Counted from the first letter of the stretch, positions 1 through 10,130 are shown. The stretch: 48,158 bases of DNA from Snowella sp. (GCA_035285545.1 JAYKGY010000119.1:1-48158), one strand, 5' to 3'. The notes: generated by a model from the sequence alone, not told the origin. Translations and numbers: made by a program.

Positions 1-589
1 CATCTGTCCAAGCAATCTTATCGGGATGCTTTTCTGCCTCTTTATACCAAGGACGTTGGGTGGCATTGTAATTTTCGATCAGTCTAACGGTCGGTTGCCG
101 GAGAAACTGTTGCCCCACCCTTTGATACGGAACCGTAACTTTATCAGTTTTTCGCGTCTGTGGATCCCAAATTCGATTAATCACATTCATCACTAAAGTT
201 TGCTTTCCTTCCTCATCTTTTTCTCGCTGAACACCGAAAAAACTACCATTAGCAAAACCAAATTGAAGAAAGGCAATATTAGGTTGAGTTAACAACAAAT
301 CAAAAAAGAAAGCCTCTCTTTGCTGAGGATTATTGAGATCGATGAGTTGATTATTAAAAACCTTTTTGGTTAAATCTAGGGTTGCTTGTACATTATTAAA
401 GTTTCTCACCACTTCGCGTGAAGTGACGCTAGTAATCGTTTCATTAACTTCTTGGATCACGCCATCGACATTTTTCCGAGAAGTCAGCAGCCAAGGAAAG
501 TAAACAATTGCGGCTGTTGTACTCACCAATGACATGACTGCTAGCACAAGCGTTGCTTTAACACCTGCGTGAGAACGACTTTTTTGCAT
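1..589 (-). CDS. Partial CDS (runs off left edge): membrane-anchored Cache-domain sensor protein, possibly an adenylate/guanylate cyclase or kinase
   Basis: Absent from the ORF track. Manual translation from ATG at 589 gives MQKSRSHAGVKATLVLAVMSLVSTTAAIVYFPWLL (TM), then FLQFGFANGSFFGV and QRPWYKEAEKHPDKIAWTD, a typical Cache RPWY...W motif. The output domain lies outside the window. Confidence 0.75.
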   Translation of the reverse strand, partial: MQKSRSHAGVKATLVLAVMSLVSTTAAIVYFPWLLTSRKNVDGVIQEVNETITSVTSREVVRNFNNVQATLDLTKKVFNNQLIDLNNPQQREAFFFDLLLTQPNIAFLQFGFANGSFFGVQREKDEEGKQTLVMNVINRIWDPQTRKTDKVTVPYQRVGQQFLRQPTVRLIENYNATQRPWYKEAEKHPDKIAWTD

Positions 590-748
590 TATTTTAAATT
601 TCCTTTATTATTTTTTTAACAAATTTACAAATTTAATAGCCTTTTGATTTTAATATAAATTTTAAAATATAGGATATTATGAGTCTAGACTAAATTAACA
701 GCTTAAGATTTTTTAGTAGTTAACCCTATCCCATTATTTAGGTTTATT

Positions 749-2959
749 ATGTCAGTCAAGTGGTTCAATTCCCAGACCTTACTTCCTAATCTTTTGTCTG
801 GAATCATTTCTGGTATAATCAACCTGATTTATAGTGTTTCTTTTGCCGCTTTAATTTTTCCAGGAACCCTTTCAAACTACATTCCTCTCGGTCTGAGTTG
901 TGCCCTGATTAGTGCCATCTTTACAACCTCAATAACGGCCGTCAAAAGTTCATTTCCTTTTAATATATCGGGCCCCGATTCTAATGGTGCCGTCATTTTA
1001 GCCTTAATGGCCGCCTCGATTAGTCAATTCTTGATAGCCAAAGAAGCCACCGATGCTATTTTTCCGACCTTGGTTTGGGCCATCATTCTCAGCACCTTTT
1101 TGACGGGATTATGGCTCTTTATGCTAGGGAAGCTGCGCTTAGGACGCTTTATTCGCTTTATTCCCTATCCGGTGGTCGGTGGATTTTTAGCCGGTATCGG
1201 CTGGCTCTTCATTCAAGGATCATTGAAGGTAATGACAGGAATTCCCTTCGACTTTGAGCAACTGGATAAGTTTCTCCGAGATGATTTTATGCTGTTTTGG
1301 GTTCCTGGTGTTGTCTTGGGGATAACCATACAGGTTCTGCTCAGTCGTTATTCCCAATTTTGGTTAATGCCATCGATTCTTTTTGGGGCAACGCTCCTTT
1401 TTTATGGGGTTTTATTCATTTCCCATATGTCTTTAGAGCAAGCCAGAACGGAAGGTTTTTTATTTGCCTCCTTTCCAAGCAATCCCTTGCCCAAAATAGA
1501 AATTTTTTCACCCTTTGCCAAAGTCGATTTTGAGGCCTTAATCCAGCAAATTCCGAGTTTGATGACCCTATTTGCCGTTGTTCCGATCACGATTTTACTG
1601 AATTCCACCGGACTAGAACTGGCAATGGAAAAAGAGGTTGATTTGGATAAGGAACTGATCGTTGCTGGAATGGCAAATTTGGTAACGGGAGGATTGGTCG
1701 GAATGGTGGGTCATCTTTCCATTAGTCGAACATTACTCAATTACAAAGCCGGTGGGAGAAATCGCCTTTCGGGATTAGTTGCCTCTGTTTGCGCCCTATT
1801 TTTCTTTTTTCTAGGGTCGTCTAGTCTCCAGTTTTTGCCCAAGTTTGTCTTTGGAGGATTGTTATTTTATTTAGGGCTGGCATTGTTATTTGAATGGGTG
1901 TATTTAGGGTGGTTCAAGCTATCAAGCCTTGATTATATTTTAGTGATTACGATTCTGGTAATTGTTGCTAATTTGGGTTTTTTGCAAGGCGTGGGTGTGG
2001 GCTTAATGATTGCGTGTTTCCTTTTCGTTATTACCTATAGTAACTTGCAAGTTATCAAAAATACGTTATCAGGATTAACTTATCAGAGCAATTTTGAACG
2101 ATCATTTCATCAGAAAAAACTCTTAAAACAGCAGGGAGAACAAATTTATATTCTACGCTTACAAAGCTATTTATTTTTTGGGACGGCAAATAACTTGCTA
2201 GAGACAGTACGTCAACGGCTCAGTGATGTCACTTTACCCAAAATTAAATTTTTAGTGATTGATTTTAAGCTGATAGAAGGCATCGATTCTTCAGCCGTTA
2301 TTAGTTTTGTCAAAATCAAACAACTGACACAAAAATTTTCGGTTAATTTAATCCTAAGCGATCTGTTGCCTTCTATCTCCGAACAATTCAAACTTTACAA
2401 GATTATTGATGTTTTAGAAGAAGAGACAATCGGTTGCTATGAGTTTCCGGATCTCGATCGCGGTGTCGAATGGTGTGAAAATCAAGTTTTACAAAATGTC
2501 ATGTTTCGCCGCCGTCGTTTTGTTCCCTTATTGATTCAGTTAGAAGAAATTTTTCCGCTTCCGCAACAAGTCAGCCAATTTTTAGATTATTTAGAAATCT
2601 TAAAAATTGAAGCCGGTTATTATTTATTTCATCAAGGCGAGATGCCCAATGCGATCTATTTGATTGATTCAGGACAAGTTTCTTTAATCCGAGAATCAGA
2701 AAACGGTCAATCCGAACGATTAGGAACGCTAGGGGAAGGCACTGTGATTGGCGAAATTGGATTTTATGGGCATTTTTCTCATGAATGCTCTGCCATTAGT
2801 GATCGCCCGACTCGCCTTTATCGTTTATCTCAAGAAGTGTTACAAAAGATGGAAGCGGAAAACCCCAAATTAGCGGCTGCTTGCCATCAATTTATTGCTC
2901 AATTGTTAGCGGAACGTATTGTACAATTAAGGCTACGTTCTGAAAATTTGCTGCAATAA
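749..2959 (+). CDS. SulP/SLC26 family anion transporter with STAS and C-terminal cyclic-nucleotide-binding domain
   Basis: Multi-TM N-terminus with IRFIPYPVVGGFLAG and SISRTLLN; STAS motifs YLFFGTA and IDSSA; cNMP domain LFHQGE...GTVIGEIGF. Confidence 0.9.
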   Translation: MSVKWFNSQTLLPNLLSGIISGIINLIYSVSFAALIFPGTLSNYIPLGLSCALISAIFTTSITAVKSSFPFNISGPDSNGAVILALMAASISQFLIAKEATDAIFPTLVWAIILSTFLTGLWLFMLGKLRLGRFIRFIPYPVVGGFLAGIGWLFIQGSLKVMTGIPFDFEQLDKFLRDDFMLFWVPGVVLGITIQVLLSRYSQFWLMPSILFGATLLFYGVLFISHMSLEQARTEGFLFASFPSNPLPKIEIFSPFAKVDFEALIQQIPSLMTLFAVVPITILLNSTGLELAMEKEVDLDKELIVAGMANLVTGGLVGMVGHLSISRTLLNYKAGGRNRLSGLVASVCALFFFFLGSSSLQFLPKFVFGGLLFYLGLALLFEWVYLGWFKLSSLDYILVITILVIVANLGFLQGVGVGLMIACFLFVITYSNLQVIKNTLSGLTYQSNFERSFHQKKLLKQQGEQIYILRLQSYLFFGTANNLLETVRQRLSDVTLPKIKFLVIDFKLIEGIDSSAVISFVKIKQLTQKFSVNLILSDLLPSISEQFKLYKIIDVLEEETIGCYEFPDLDRGVEWCENQVLQNVMFRRRRFVPLLIQLEEIFPLPQQVSQFLDYLEILKIEAGYYLFHQGEMPNAIYLIDSGQVSLIRESENGQSERLGTLGEGTVIGEIGFYGHFSHECSAISDRPTRLYRLSQEVLQKMEAENPKLAAACHQFIAQLLAERIVQLRLRSENLLQ

Positions 2960-3020
2960 TTCAGTCATTAACGTTATTACAAGTTGTCAGGGTTTTAAAC
3001 AATTAATTCAGGAATCATTT

Positions 3021-3842
3021 ATGGTAAATATTAACCTCCAAGACGTAACGTTTAAGCTCACCGATTTGACGAATCTGAGTTCTTATCTCAAAACAAAAAT
3101 TTTTCAAACTTTTAATACCGTTGGCTTTTTTATCATAGAAGGCAATGATCCCTACCAATCCCACGAAATTTTTCTTTCCTTACCGCGTTATTTTGGCAAG
3201 GTATTAAATCATGAACAGGCTAATGAACATGGCGTTATTCCTATTTGGGTTATGCCGAATTACCCTGAATATGTTAATACCAAAAACAATGATCTCGGCT
3301 TACATACCGATGGTTCTTTTGAAAAAGTTCCTCCAAAAATCATGGCCTTGTACTGTGAAGTAGCCGCCCAACAAGGGGGAGAAACCCAGCTAGTGGATGG
3401 TAAATCGGTGTATGAATATCTCGCGCAAACCGATCCAGAAGCTTTAATGACGTTATTTGAACCAGATGTTTTTAGTATCAAACGCGCTAACCGATCAGCG
3501 ACTCGATCTATTTTTACTGAAGATCAGGGAAGAATTTATATGACTTTTAGGGCGGATGATGATGCAAATTTTTCCGTTAAGCCCGAAGCAAGCAAAGCAT
3601 TTACCCTAATTAAAAACTTTGTCGCTGATCCTACCCAGCAAATAATTTTTAAATTACAACCGAATCAGATTTTAGTCTTGGATAATAGGCGAATTTTACA
3701 TGGCAGAAAAGGGTTCAGTATTCATGAAAAACGCAAGTTACATGGGCTTTGGTTTGATGGTCACTCGACCGATAGTCCGGAGTTGATGATGGGTTTTGTT
3801 CCGGTTTGTCAATCTTTGCAGGTTAACTTAGTAACCCCATAA
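3021..3842 (+). CDS. TauD/TfdA (clavaminate synthase-like) Fe(II)/2-oxoglutarate dioxygenase
   Basis: HxD motif LHTDGS, GGETQLVDG, and DNRRILHGR with the distal His. Confidence 0.85.
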   Translation: MVNINLQDVTFKLTDLTNLSSYLKTKIFQTFNTVGFFIIEGNDPYQSHEIFLSLPRYFGKVLNHEQANEHGVIPIWVMPNYPEYVNTKNNDLGLHTDGSFEKVPPKIMALYCEVAAQQGGETQLVDGKSVYEYLAQTDPEALMTLFEPDVFSIKRANRSATRSIFTEDQGRIYMTFRADDDANFSVKPEASKAFTLIKNFVADPTQQIIFKLQPNQILVLDNRRILHGRKGFSIHEKRKLHGLWFDGHSTDSPELMMGFVPVCQSLQVNLVTP

Positions 3843-4630
3843 AAAGCAGTATCAATGGTAATTTTTGCCATAATATCTAACGGATCAAGCCAAGGAATGG
3901 ATATTTGCTCCATCTGGCTAACGGCGATCGCCAATTCGGTACAGCCCGGAATAATTAGGTCTACTGCTTGGTTCTTGAATTCCGCGATCACCCAATGTAA
4001 AGTATCATAAACCTCACAGGAAATGCTATTGCCTGTCGCCTTAATTCCCCATTGAGGATGATAAATCGCTTGCATAATTTGTTTTTGTAAGGATGAATTT
4101 AAGGGATTAGATACAACCGTTAAACCCATTTTTTGTAAACTTTTTTCATATAAACCCGCGCTGATGGTTCCATCCGTTGCTAAAATTCCGACGGTCTTGA
4201 TCAGGGGATAATTTTGAGCGAGAAATTCAACCGTTAAATCAATTAAATTAAGCCAAGGAATATTCAGATGGGGTTGAACTTGATGATAAAAAGCATGGGC
4301 AGTATTACAGACCACAACAAGAAAATCCGCACCCGCAGACTCTAATAACTTTCCATAATGAATTAGCCAGGGAACACAATCAGCAGTCCCGTTTAAAATA
4401 CTGACACTCCGATCCGGAATATTCGCCGCATTAATCAATATCCAAACAGGATAATCTTGATCATGAAAAGCTCCCCGCTGACTTTGTTCATAAATGAGTT
4501 TCCGCTCAAATTCCACATGGGATAACGTGCCTAATCCGCCTAAAATACCAGGAATAGCTTGTTGTTGGTTAAGTGAATTCATTAATTGCATATAACGATT
4601 TTTTGTCCCGTTTTTTGGAGCCATTTCCAT
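3809..4630 (-). CDS. Aspartate/glutamate racemase family protein
   Basis: GILGGLG, IPDRS, both catalytic Cys motifs (CNTAH, GCTEL) and GILATDGT. True start may be a downstream Met. 3' end overlaps the TauD gene convergently. Confidence 0.88.
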   Translation of the reverse strand: MEMAPKNGTKNRYMQLMNSLNQQQAIPGILGGLGTLSHVEFERKLIYEQSQRGAFHDQDYPVWILINAANIPDRSVSILNGTADCVPWLIHYGKLLESAGADFLVVVCNTAHAFYHQVQPHLNIPWLNLIDLTVEFLAQNYPLIKTVGILATDGTISAGLYEKSLQKMGLTVVSNPLNSSLQKQIMQAIYHPQWGIKATGNSISCEVYDTLHWVIAEFKNQAVDLIIPGCTELAIAVSQMEQISIPWLDPLDIMAKITIDTAFYGVTKLTCKD

Positions 4631-4713
4631 TTTTTTCGCCTTTATAGGGCTTTTATCAATCCTTTCTTTTTCAAATATGAAGAATTAATTAAATTTTAAG
4701 AACCAAATAAATA

Positions 4714-4913
4714 TAGGAGTTACGCATTGACAGATTAGAATAGTTATGAAACAACGCAAATTCAGGACTTGGGACTATTTTAGCAAACTTTCCTATTGAA
4801 AGAAATAGCGGCTAATTTCTGAAGTTTTCTTTTCGAATCATTTTAATTAGTAGTATACAATACAAAATATTCTGAACGCACACTTCATGTTTTTTGACAA
4901 TGCGTAAGTCCTA
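4714..4913. mobile_element. ~200-bp MITE-like element
   Basis: Terminal inverted repeats TAGGAGTTACGCATTG ... CAATGCGTAAGTCCTA (15/16 match). No transposase inside and no clean TSD seen. Confidence 0.75.
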
Positions 4914-4934
4914 AAATATTAAAAATTGATTAAA

Positions 4935-5025
4935 TATAGCAATCCTAAATGATTCGTGTTGTTGCGAGGCTTGAACCCCTTGCCCAGAGTGGATCGATAT
5001 TTACAACTGGTTTAGGACTGCTATA
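4935..5025. mobile_element. ~91-bp MITE-like element with TA-flanked ends (IS630/Tc1-type)
   Basis: Inverted ends TATAGCAATCCTAAA ... TTTAGGACTGCTATA (14/15 match). Confidence 0.75.
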
Positions 5026-5266
5026 TTAAGAACTAATTTATATTTTGAGTGTCTTACAAAACTTAACATTTCCAATTGGGATTAGAATATCAAAAAAATA
5101 AGAGAATTTTAATTATCTTGGCGTAAGTTTATCGAGCTTAAGAAATAAAATTCTATCTTAAAGTATCATTTAGGATGATCCTTTAGTAAGATGGTTGAGT
5201 TAAGGACAACATTAATCTTTTTTCTAAATCAATACACTCTCTAACGAATTTTTAACCCAATTAACG

Positions 5267-7096
5267 ATGGCTAGTCAGATTGAATTTTCATTCTCCGATC
5301 TCATTGCGGGATATGTCACCTCCTTTAATCGCAGTGATAAGAGTTTCAACGTTAAAACTTCCGATGAACGGGAATTTACCATTTATTTAAGCCCCACTAC
5401 CTATGGCCGTATTAGTCAAAACTTAGAAGAAAGCTATTTAGACGCAACTGGCCAACTCAATGAATTGTTAACGCCAGGTCAACACGTTTTTGCCTATGGG
5501 GTCTTTTATCCCAAGGGAAATGATCATAAATTTGAAGCAAAATATCTCGTTTTTCCTGGAGATGCGCCTGATAAGTATCGTCATGAAGAACCCGATTGGT
5601 GGATTAAGCAAATTCGTTCCATCGCCGATTGTTATCTGAAGTGGCAATTTGGCTATCCCAATCATCCCATTGATTACCGAGAATATCGGACAATGCTGAA
5701 ATTAACGGGAGCCAAACAGCAGGATGATTATTTACAAGAAACGGATACGGTTTCTCGCCTAGTCTATGGTTTTGCTTCGACCTACCTGTTAACCGGAGAA
5801 GACCGCTTTTTAGAGGCAGCCGAAAAGGGAACGGAATACTTACGGGATCACATGCGCTTCTATGACCCCGATGAGGACTTGATTTACTGGTATCACGGCG
5901 TTAAGGTGACGGGAAATCGGGAACAAAAATTGTTAACATCCGAATTTAGCGATGATTACGACTGCATTCCCGCCTATGAGCAAATTTATGCCCTAGCCGG
6001 CCCGACCCAAACCTATCGAATCACGGGCGATCCGCGTATTCTCAAAGATGCGGAGATGACTATTGATTTATTTAATAAATTCTTTCTCGATAAGGAAAAA
6101 GGCGGCTATTTTTCCCATATTGACCCCTTAACCCTCGATCCCAAAGCGGAATCTTTAGGCCGCAATAAAGGGCGGAAAAACTGGAACTCTGTGGGAGACC
6201 ACGCCCCTGCTTATTTAATCAACCTGTATTTGGGAACTGGCCGCAAAGAATACGCCGATATGCTGGAATATACCTTTGATACCATTGAAGGCTATTTCCA
6301 AGATTACGAAAACAGCCCCTTTGTGCAGGAAAAATTCTTTGAAGATTGGAGTAAAGACCAATCCTGGGGATGGCAACAAAACCGCGCGGTTGTCGGCCAT
6401 AATCTGAAGATTGCTTGGAATTTGATGCGGATGCAGAGCCTCAAGCCCAAGGATCAATACGTTGCCCTTGCTGAAAAAATTGCGGAACTGATGCCCGATG
6501 CCGGCAGCGATCGCCAACGGGGCGGCTGGTACGATGTGGTCGAACGAACCAAACAGGAAGGCGAAGACTTTTTCAGCTTTGTTTGGCATGACCGCAAAGC
6601 CTGGTGGCAACAAGAGCAAGCAGTCCTGGCTTATTTAATTCTCTACGGTTTGTTCCCCAAAGAAGATTACCTCAAACACGCCCGTGAAGTTGCTGCCTTT
6701 TATAATGCCTTCTTCCTCGATCACGATGACGGTGCCGTTTACTTTAACGTTCTCGCTAATGGTGTTCCGTACCTGATGGGAACCGAGCGTTATAAAGGAT
6801 CCCACTCCATGTCGGGTTACCACTCCACCGAACTCTGCTATTTATCAGCCGTTTACCTCAATCTCCTCATCACCAAACAACCACTAGACCTCTACTTCAA
6901 ACCCTACCCTGGTGGTTTCCCCGACGGTATTCTGCGAGTTTCGCCTGATATTTTGCCCCCCGGCAGTATCCAGATCGCCTCGGTCGAAATTGACGGTCAA
7001 CCCTATACCGACTTTGACGCAACCGGATTAACGGTTAAACTGCCTGATACCCAAGAACGGGTCAAAATTAAAGTCCAAGTTGTGCCCACAACCTAA
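5267..7096 (+). CDS. AGE family (N-acylglucosamine 2-epimerase-like) protein, Slr1855-like
   Basis: Motifs SRLVYG, GHNLKIAWNL, WWQQEQA and SGYHSTE; followed by STAS-glgX-STAS as in the Synechocystis icfG cluster. Confidence 0.85.
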   Translation: MASQIEFSFSDLIAGYVTSFNRSDKSFNVKTSDEREFTIYLSPTTYGRISQNLEESYLDATGQLNELLTPGQHVFAYGVFYPKGNDHKFEAKYLVFPGDAPDKYRHEEPDWWIKQIRSIADCYLKWQFGYPNHPIDYREYRTMLKLTGAKQQDDYLQETDTVSRLVYGFASTYLLTGEDRFLEAAEKGTEYLRDHMRFYDPDEDLIYWYHGVKVTGNREQKLLTSEFSDDYDCIPAYEQIYALAGPTQTYRITGDPRILKDAEMTIDLFNKFFLDKEKGGYFSHIDPLTLDPKAESLGRNKGRKNWNSVGDHAPAYLINLYLGTGRKEYADMLEYTFDTIEGYFQDYENSPFVQEKFFEDWSKDQSWGWQQNRAVVGHNLKIAWNLMRMQSLKPKDQYVALAEKIAELMPDAGSDRQRGGWYDVVERTKQEGEDFFSFVWHDRKAWWQQEQAVLAYLILYGLFPKEDYLKHAREVAAFYNAFFLDHDDGAVYFNVLANGVPYLMGTERYKGSHSMSGYHSTELCYLSAVYLNLLITKQPLDLYFKPYPGGFPDGILRVSPDILPPGSIQIASVEIDGQPYTDFDATGLTVKLPDTQERVKIKVQVVPTT

Positions 7097-7116
7097 ACTC
7101 AACTCGTTCCGAAACC

Positions 7117-7191
7117 GTTGCATCATTACAGAATGTAAAAACAGACTTCTGATCCAAAAGGAATTTCGTTAGCATTTTGTAGAGATGCAAC
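7117..7191. repeat. Intergenic inverted repeat (REP-like stem-loop)
   Basis: GTTGCATCATTACAGAATG ... CATTTTGTAGAGATGCAAC, imperfectly complementary arms. Confidence 0.6.
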
Positions 7192-7228
7192 AATAATCAG
7201 GGCTAAATTGCTTAAATAAGGACAAAAG

Positions 7229-7561
7229 ATGGAAATTCAGGTTAAATCAGTAGAAGAAATCCACGTTGTTGAATTAAAGGGTGATATTGATGCGAGTACT
7301 GCCGATGATGTCACTAAGCAACTTTCGATGCTCGTTACCCCAAAAGCACGGTTATTGGTGAATATGTCCCAGGTTCCCTATATGTCTAGTGCGGGCTTGC
7401 GTACCCTCCTTAGTATCCATCGACAAACCCTCGCCAAAGACGGCAAATTAGTTTTAGTCGGCTTAAGCGAAGAATTGATCGATACGATGTCGGTTACTGG
7501 ATTTCTGGACTTTTTTGTGACTGCTGACACCGAAGACGCAGGGCTAGCGGCTTTAGCCTAA
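7229..7561 (+). CDS. STAS-domain anti-sigma factor antagonist (Slr1856-like)
   Basis: LKGDIDASTA and PYMSSAGLR with the phosphoacceptor Ser. Confidence 0.9.
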   Translation: MEIQVKSVEEIHVVELKGDIDASTADDVTKQLSMLVTPKARLLVNMSQVPYMSSAGLRTLLSIHRQTLAKDGKLVLVGLSEELIDTMSVTGFLDFFVTADTEDAGLAALA

Positions 7562-7569
7562 AGATTGAT

Positions 7570-9693
7570 ATGGAACGCATTGATATTCATCCAACCCACC
7601 GCTATGGAGACTATAAACTCCGTTTGGGGCGACCCCAACCATTTGGTGCTACCCCAGTACCAGGCGGCGTTAACTTTTCTATTTTTTCCAGTTATGCCAC
7701 GTCTTGTTCTTTAGTCTTGTTCAAAAAACATGCCAAAGAGCCATTAGCAGAAATTCCCTTTCCCGATGAGTTTCGTATTGGTAATGTCTATTGTATGGTG
7801 GTTTTTGACCTAGAATATGAAAATTTAGAATATGGCTATCGCATGGATGGCCCCAATAGTTTCCGAGACGGTCAATGGTTTGATCCCAGTAAAATTTTAT
7901 TAGACCCCTATGCCAAAATTATTGGCGGTCGAGACATTTGGGGCGTAACCCCCGATTGGAATGACGTTTATCAACATCGGGGTCGAATCGCCTTTGATGA
8001 TTTTGATTGGGAAAGCGATCGCGCCTTAGAAATTCCTCCCGAAGATCAAATTATCTACGAAATGCACGTCCGTAGCTTTACCTGTCACCCGTCTTCAGGC
8101 ATTAAGGAAAATCATCGGGGAACTTTTGCGGGCATTCGCGATAAAATTCCTTACCTCAAGGAACTAGGGGTCAATGCGGTCGAGTTGATGCCCATCTACG
8201 AATTTGATGAATTTGAAAACTCCCGTCCCAATCCTCAAACGGGTGAAACCCTGTACAACTATTGGGGTTATAGCACCGTTGGCTTCTTTTCTCCCAAAGC
8301 AGGGTATGCGGCAACGGGCAAATTCGGGATGCAGGTGGATGAGCTAAAAACCTTGGTGAAAGAACTCCATAAAAATGGCATTGAAGTCATTTTAGATGTG
8401 GTGTTTAACCATACGGCGGAGGGGAATGAACACGGGCCGACCATTTCCTTTCGAGGCATTGATAACAAGACCTATTACATGATGACTCCAGAGGGTTATT
8501 ACTTTAACTTTAGTGGTTGCGGTAATACGCTCAATTGTAATAATCCCATTGTCCGTAATATTGTGTTGGATTGCCTCCGTTATTGGGCCGCAGAATATCA
8601 CATTGATGGGTTCCGCTTTGATTTAGCCTCCATTTTGGGGCGCGATCCCTGGGGCTATCCCTTGGCCAATCCGCCTTTGTTGGAATCGTTGGCCTTTGAT
8701 CCGATTTTGGCCAAATGTAAACTCATTGCGGAAGCCTGGGATGCAGGCGGACTCTATCAAGTGGGTTCGTTTCCTGCCTATGGACGCTGGGCGGAGTGGA
8801 ATGGAAAATATCGGGATGGAATCCGTAAATTTCTAAAAGGAGACGCAACGGTTGGTGAGATTGCTCAACGGTTACAGGGATCGCCCGATCTCTACGCTTG
8901 GGCAGGTCGTGCTCCGGCTACGTCGATTAATTTCATTACGGCCCATGATGGATTTACCCTAATGGATCTGGTTTCCTATAACGAGAAACATAATGAAGCC
9001 AATGGGGAAAATAACAATGATGGCAGCAATGATAACGACAGTTGGAATTGTGGTTGGGAAGGGCCGACGGATGATCCGGGGATTAATGCCCTGCGCCATC
9101 GTCAGATTAAAAACGCGATCGCGATCTTAATGGTCAGTCAAGGCGTTCCGATGATTCTCATGGGAGATGAAGTGGGACGAACGCAAAACGGTAATAATAA
9201 TACCTATTGCCATGATAATGATCTAAACTGGCTAGATTGGACATTAGTAGATAAAAATGCGGATCTTTTAGGATTTTTCCAGCATTCTATTGCCTTTAGA
9301 AAGGCCCATCCTGTCCTACGGAATACCTGGCATTTTCAAAATCGGGATTACGTCGGTAGTGGTTATGCGGATATCACTTGGCACGGAACCCAGGCTTGGA
9401 ATGCGGATTGGTCACCTTCTACCCGCGCGATCGCCTTTATGCTATGCGGTAAACATGCGAAAGGGGGAACAGTAGAAGATAATTATATCTATGTTGCGAT
9501 GAACATGCATTGGGAAGCTCTATGGTTTGAATTACCTCAGTTGCCTCCTTCGATGCAATGGCATCTATTTGCTAACACTGGAGCCGCCAGTCCCGATCCC
9601 TGTAGTTATCGACCCGGAAGCGAACCCCTACTCGATAATCCAGCCGGTTTGTTAGTCGGCGATCGCTCAGTTGTCATCCTTGTTGGCAAATAA
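7570..9693 (+). CDS. glgX: Glycogen debranching enzyme / isoamylase (GH13)
   Basis: NYWGYST, DVVFNHTAE, DGFRFDLAS, AEAWD and AHDGFTL motifs. Confidence 0.95.
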   Translation: MERIDIHPTHRYGDYKLRLGRPQPFGATPVPGGVNFSIFSSYATSCSLVLFKKHAKEPLAEIPFPDEFRIGNVYCMVVFDLEYENLEYGYRMDGPNSFRDGQWFDPSKILLDPYAKIIGGRDIWGVTPDWNDVYQHRGRIAFDDFDWESDRALEIPPEDQIIYEMHVRSFTCHPSSGIKENHRGTFAGIRDKIPYLKELGVNAVELMPIYEFDEFENSRPNPQTGETLYNYWGYSTVGFFSPKAGYAATGKFGMQVDELKTLVKELHKNGIEVILDVVFNHTAEGNEHGPTISFRGIDNKTYYMMTPEGYYFNFSGCGNTLNCNNPIVRNIVLDCLRYWAAEYHIDGFRFDLASILGRDPWGYPLANPPLLESLAFDPILAKCKLIAEAWDAGGLYQVGSFPAYGRWAEWNGKYRDGIRKFLKGDATVGEIAQRLQGSPDLYAWAGRAPATSINFITAHDGFTLMDLVSYNEKHNEANGENNNDGSNDNDSWNCGWEGPTDDPGINALRHRQIKNAIAILMVSQGVPMILMGDEVGRTQNGNNNTYCHDNDLNWLDWTLVDKNADLLGFFQHSIAFRKAHPVLRNTWHFQNRDYVGSGYADITWHGTQAWNADWSPSTRAIAFMLCGKHAKGGTVEDNYIYVAMNMHWEALWFELPQLPPSMQWHLFANTGAASPDPCSYRPGSEPLLDNPAGLLVGDRSVVILVGK

Positions 9694-9744
9694 AATTTTC
9701 AATTTAACGTTATTAACTCTATTCAACTTACGAGGAATTAAAAA

Positions 9745-10071
9745 ATGGCTTTTACTGCAACCGTAGACATCCAAGAAGATATCGCCAAAATTACCCTAGG
9801 CGGAGAACTTGATGCTGCCACGGCTCCGATCTTACAAGAAAAAATCGAAGAAATTGCTAATAATCCCACTCGGATTAAGAAACTGGTGCTATTAGTCCAA
9901 AAATTGACATTCATGGCCAGTGCGGGCTTACGGATTTTAATTTTCGCAAAGCAAAAAATGGGAGGCGATGTGGATATTTACGTGGTCGGGGCCCAGGAAA
10001 CCATTCTTGACACCCTAGAAAAAACAGGGGTTAATCAAAGCGTCATCATTATGGACAAATATCCAGCATAA
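9745..10071 (+). CDS. STAS-domain anti-sigma factor antagonist (Slr1859-like)
   Basis: LGGELDAATA and FMASAGLR; RBS GAGG upstream. Confidence 0.9.
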   Translation: MAFTATVDIQEDIAKITLGGELDAATAPILQEKIEEIANNPTRIKKLVLLVQKLTFMASAGLRILIFAKQKMGGDVDIYVVGAQETILDTLEKTGVNQSVIIMDKYPA

Positions 10072-10099
10072 AATCGCTAATCCCATCATTTTGGCTACG

Positions 10100-10130
10100 A
10101 CCGAGCTGTTTGCAAGAGCAACTCGGTTTT
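10100..10130 (+). terminator. Probable intrinsic terminator of the AGE-STAS-glgX-STAS operon
   Basis: ACCGAG...CTCGGT hairpin followed by TTT. Confidence 0.6.

Noticed and set aside
3809..4630. Racemase as mcyF of a microcystin-type cluster
   Set aside because: No NRPS/PKS genes are in the window, and the similarity is only at family level.
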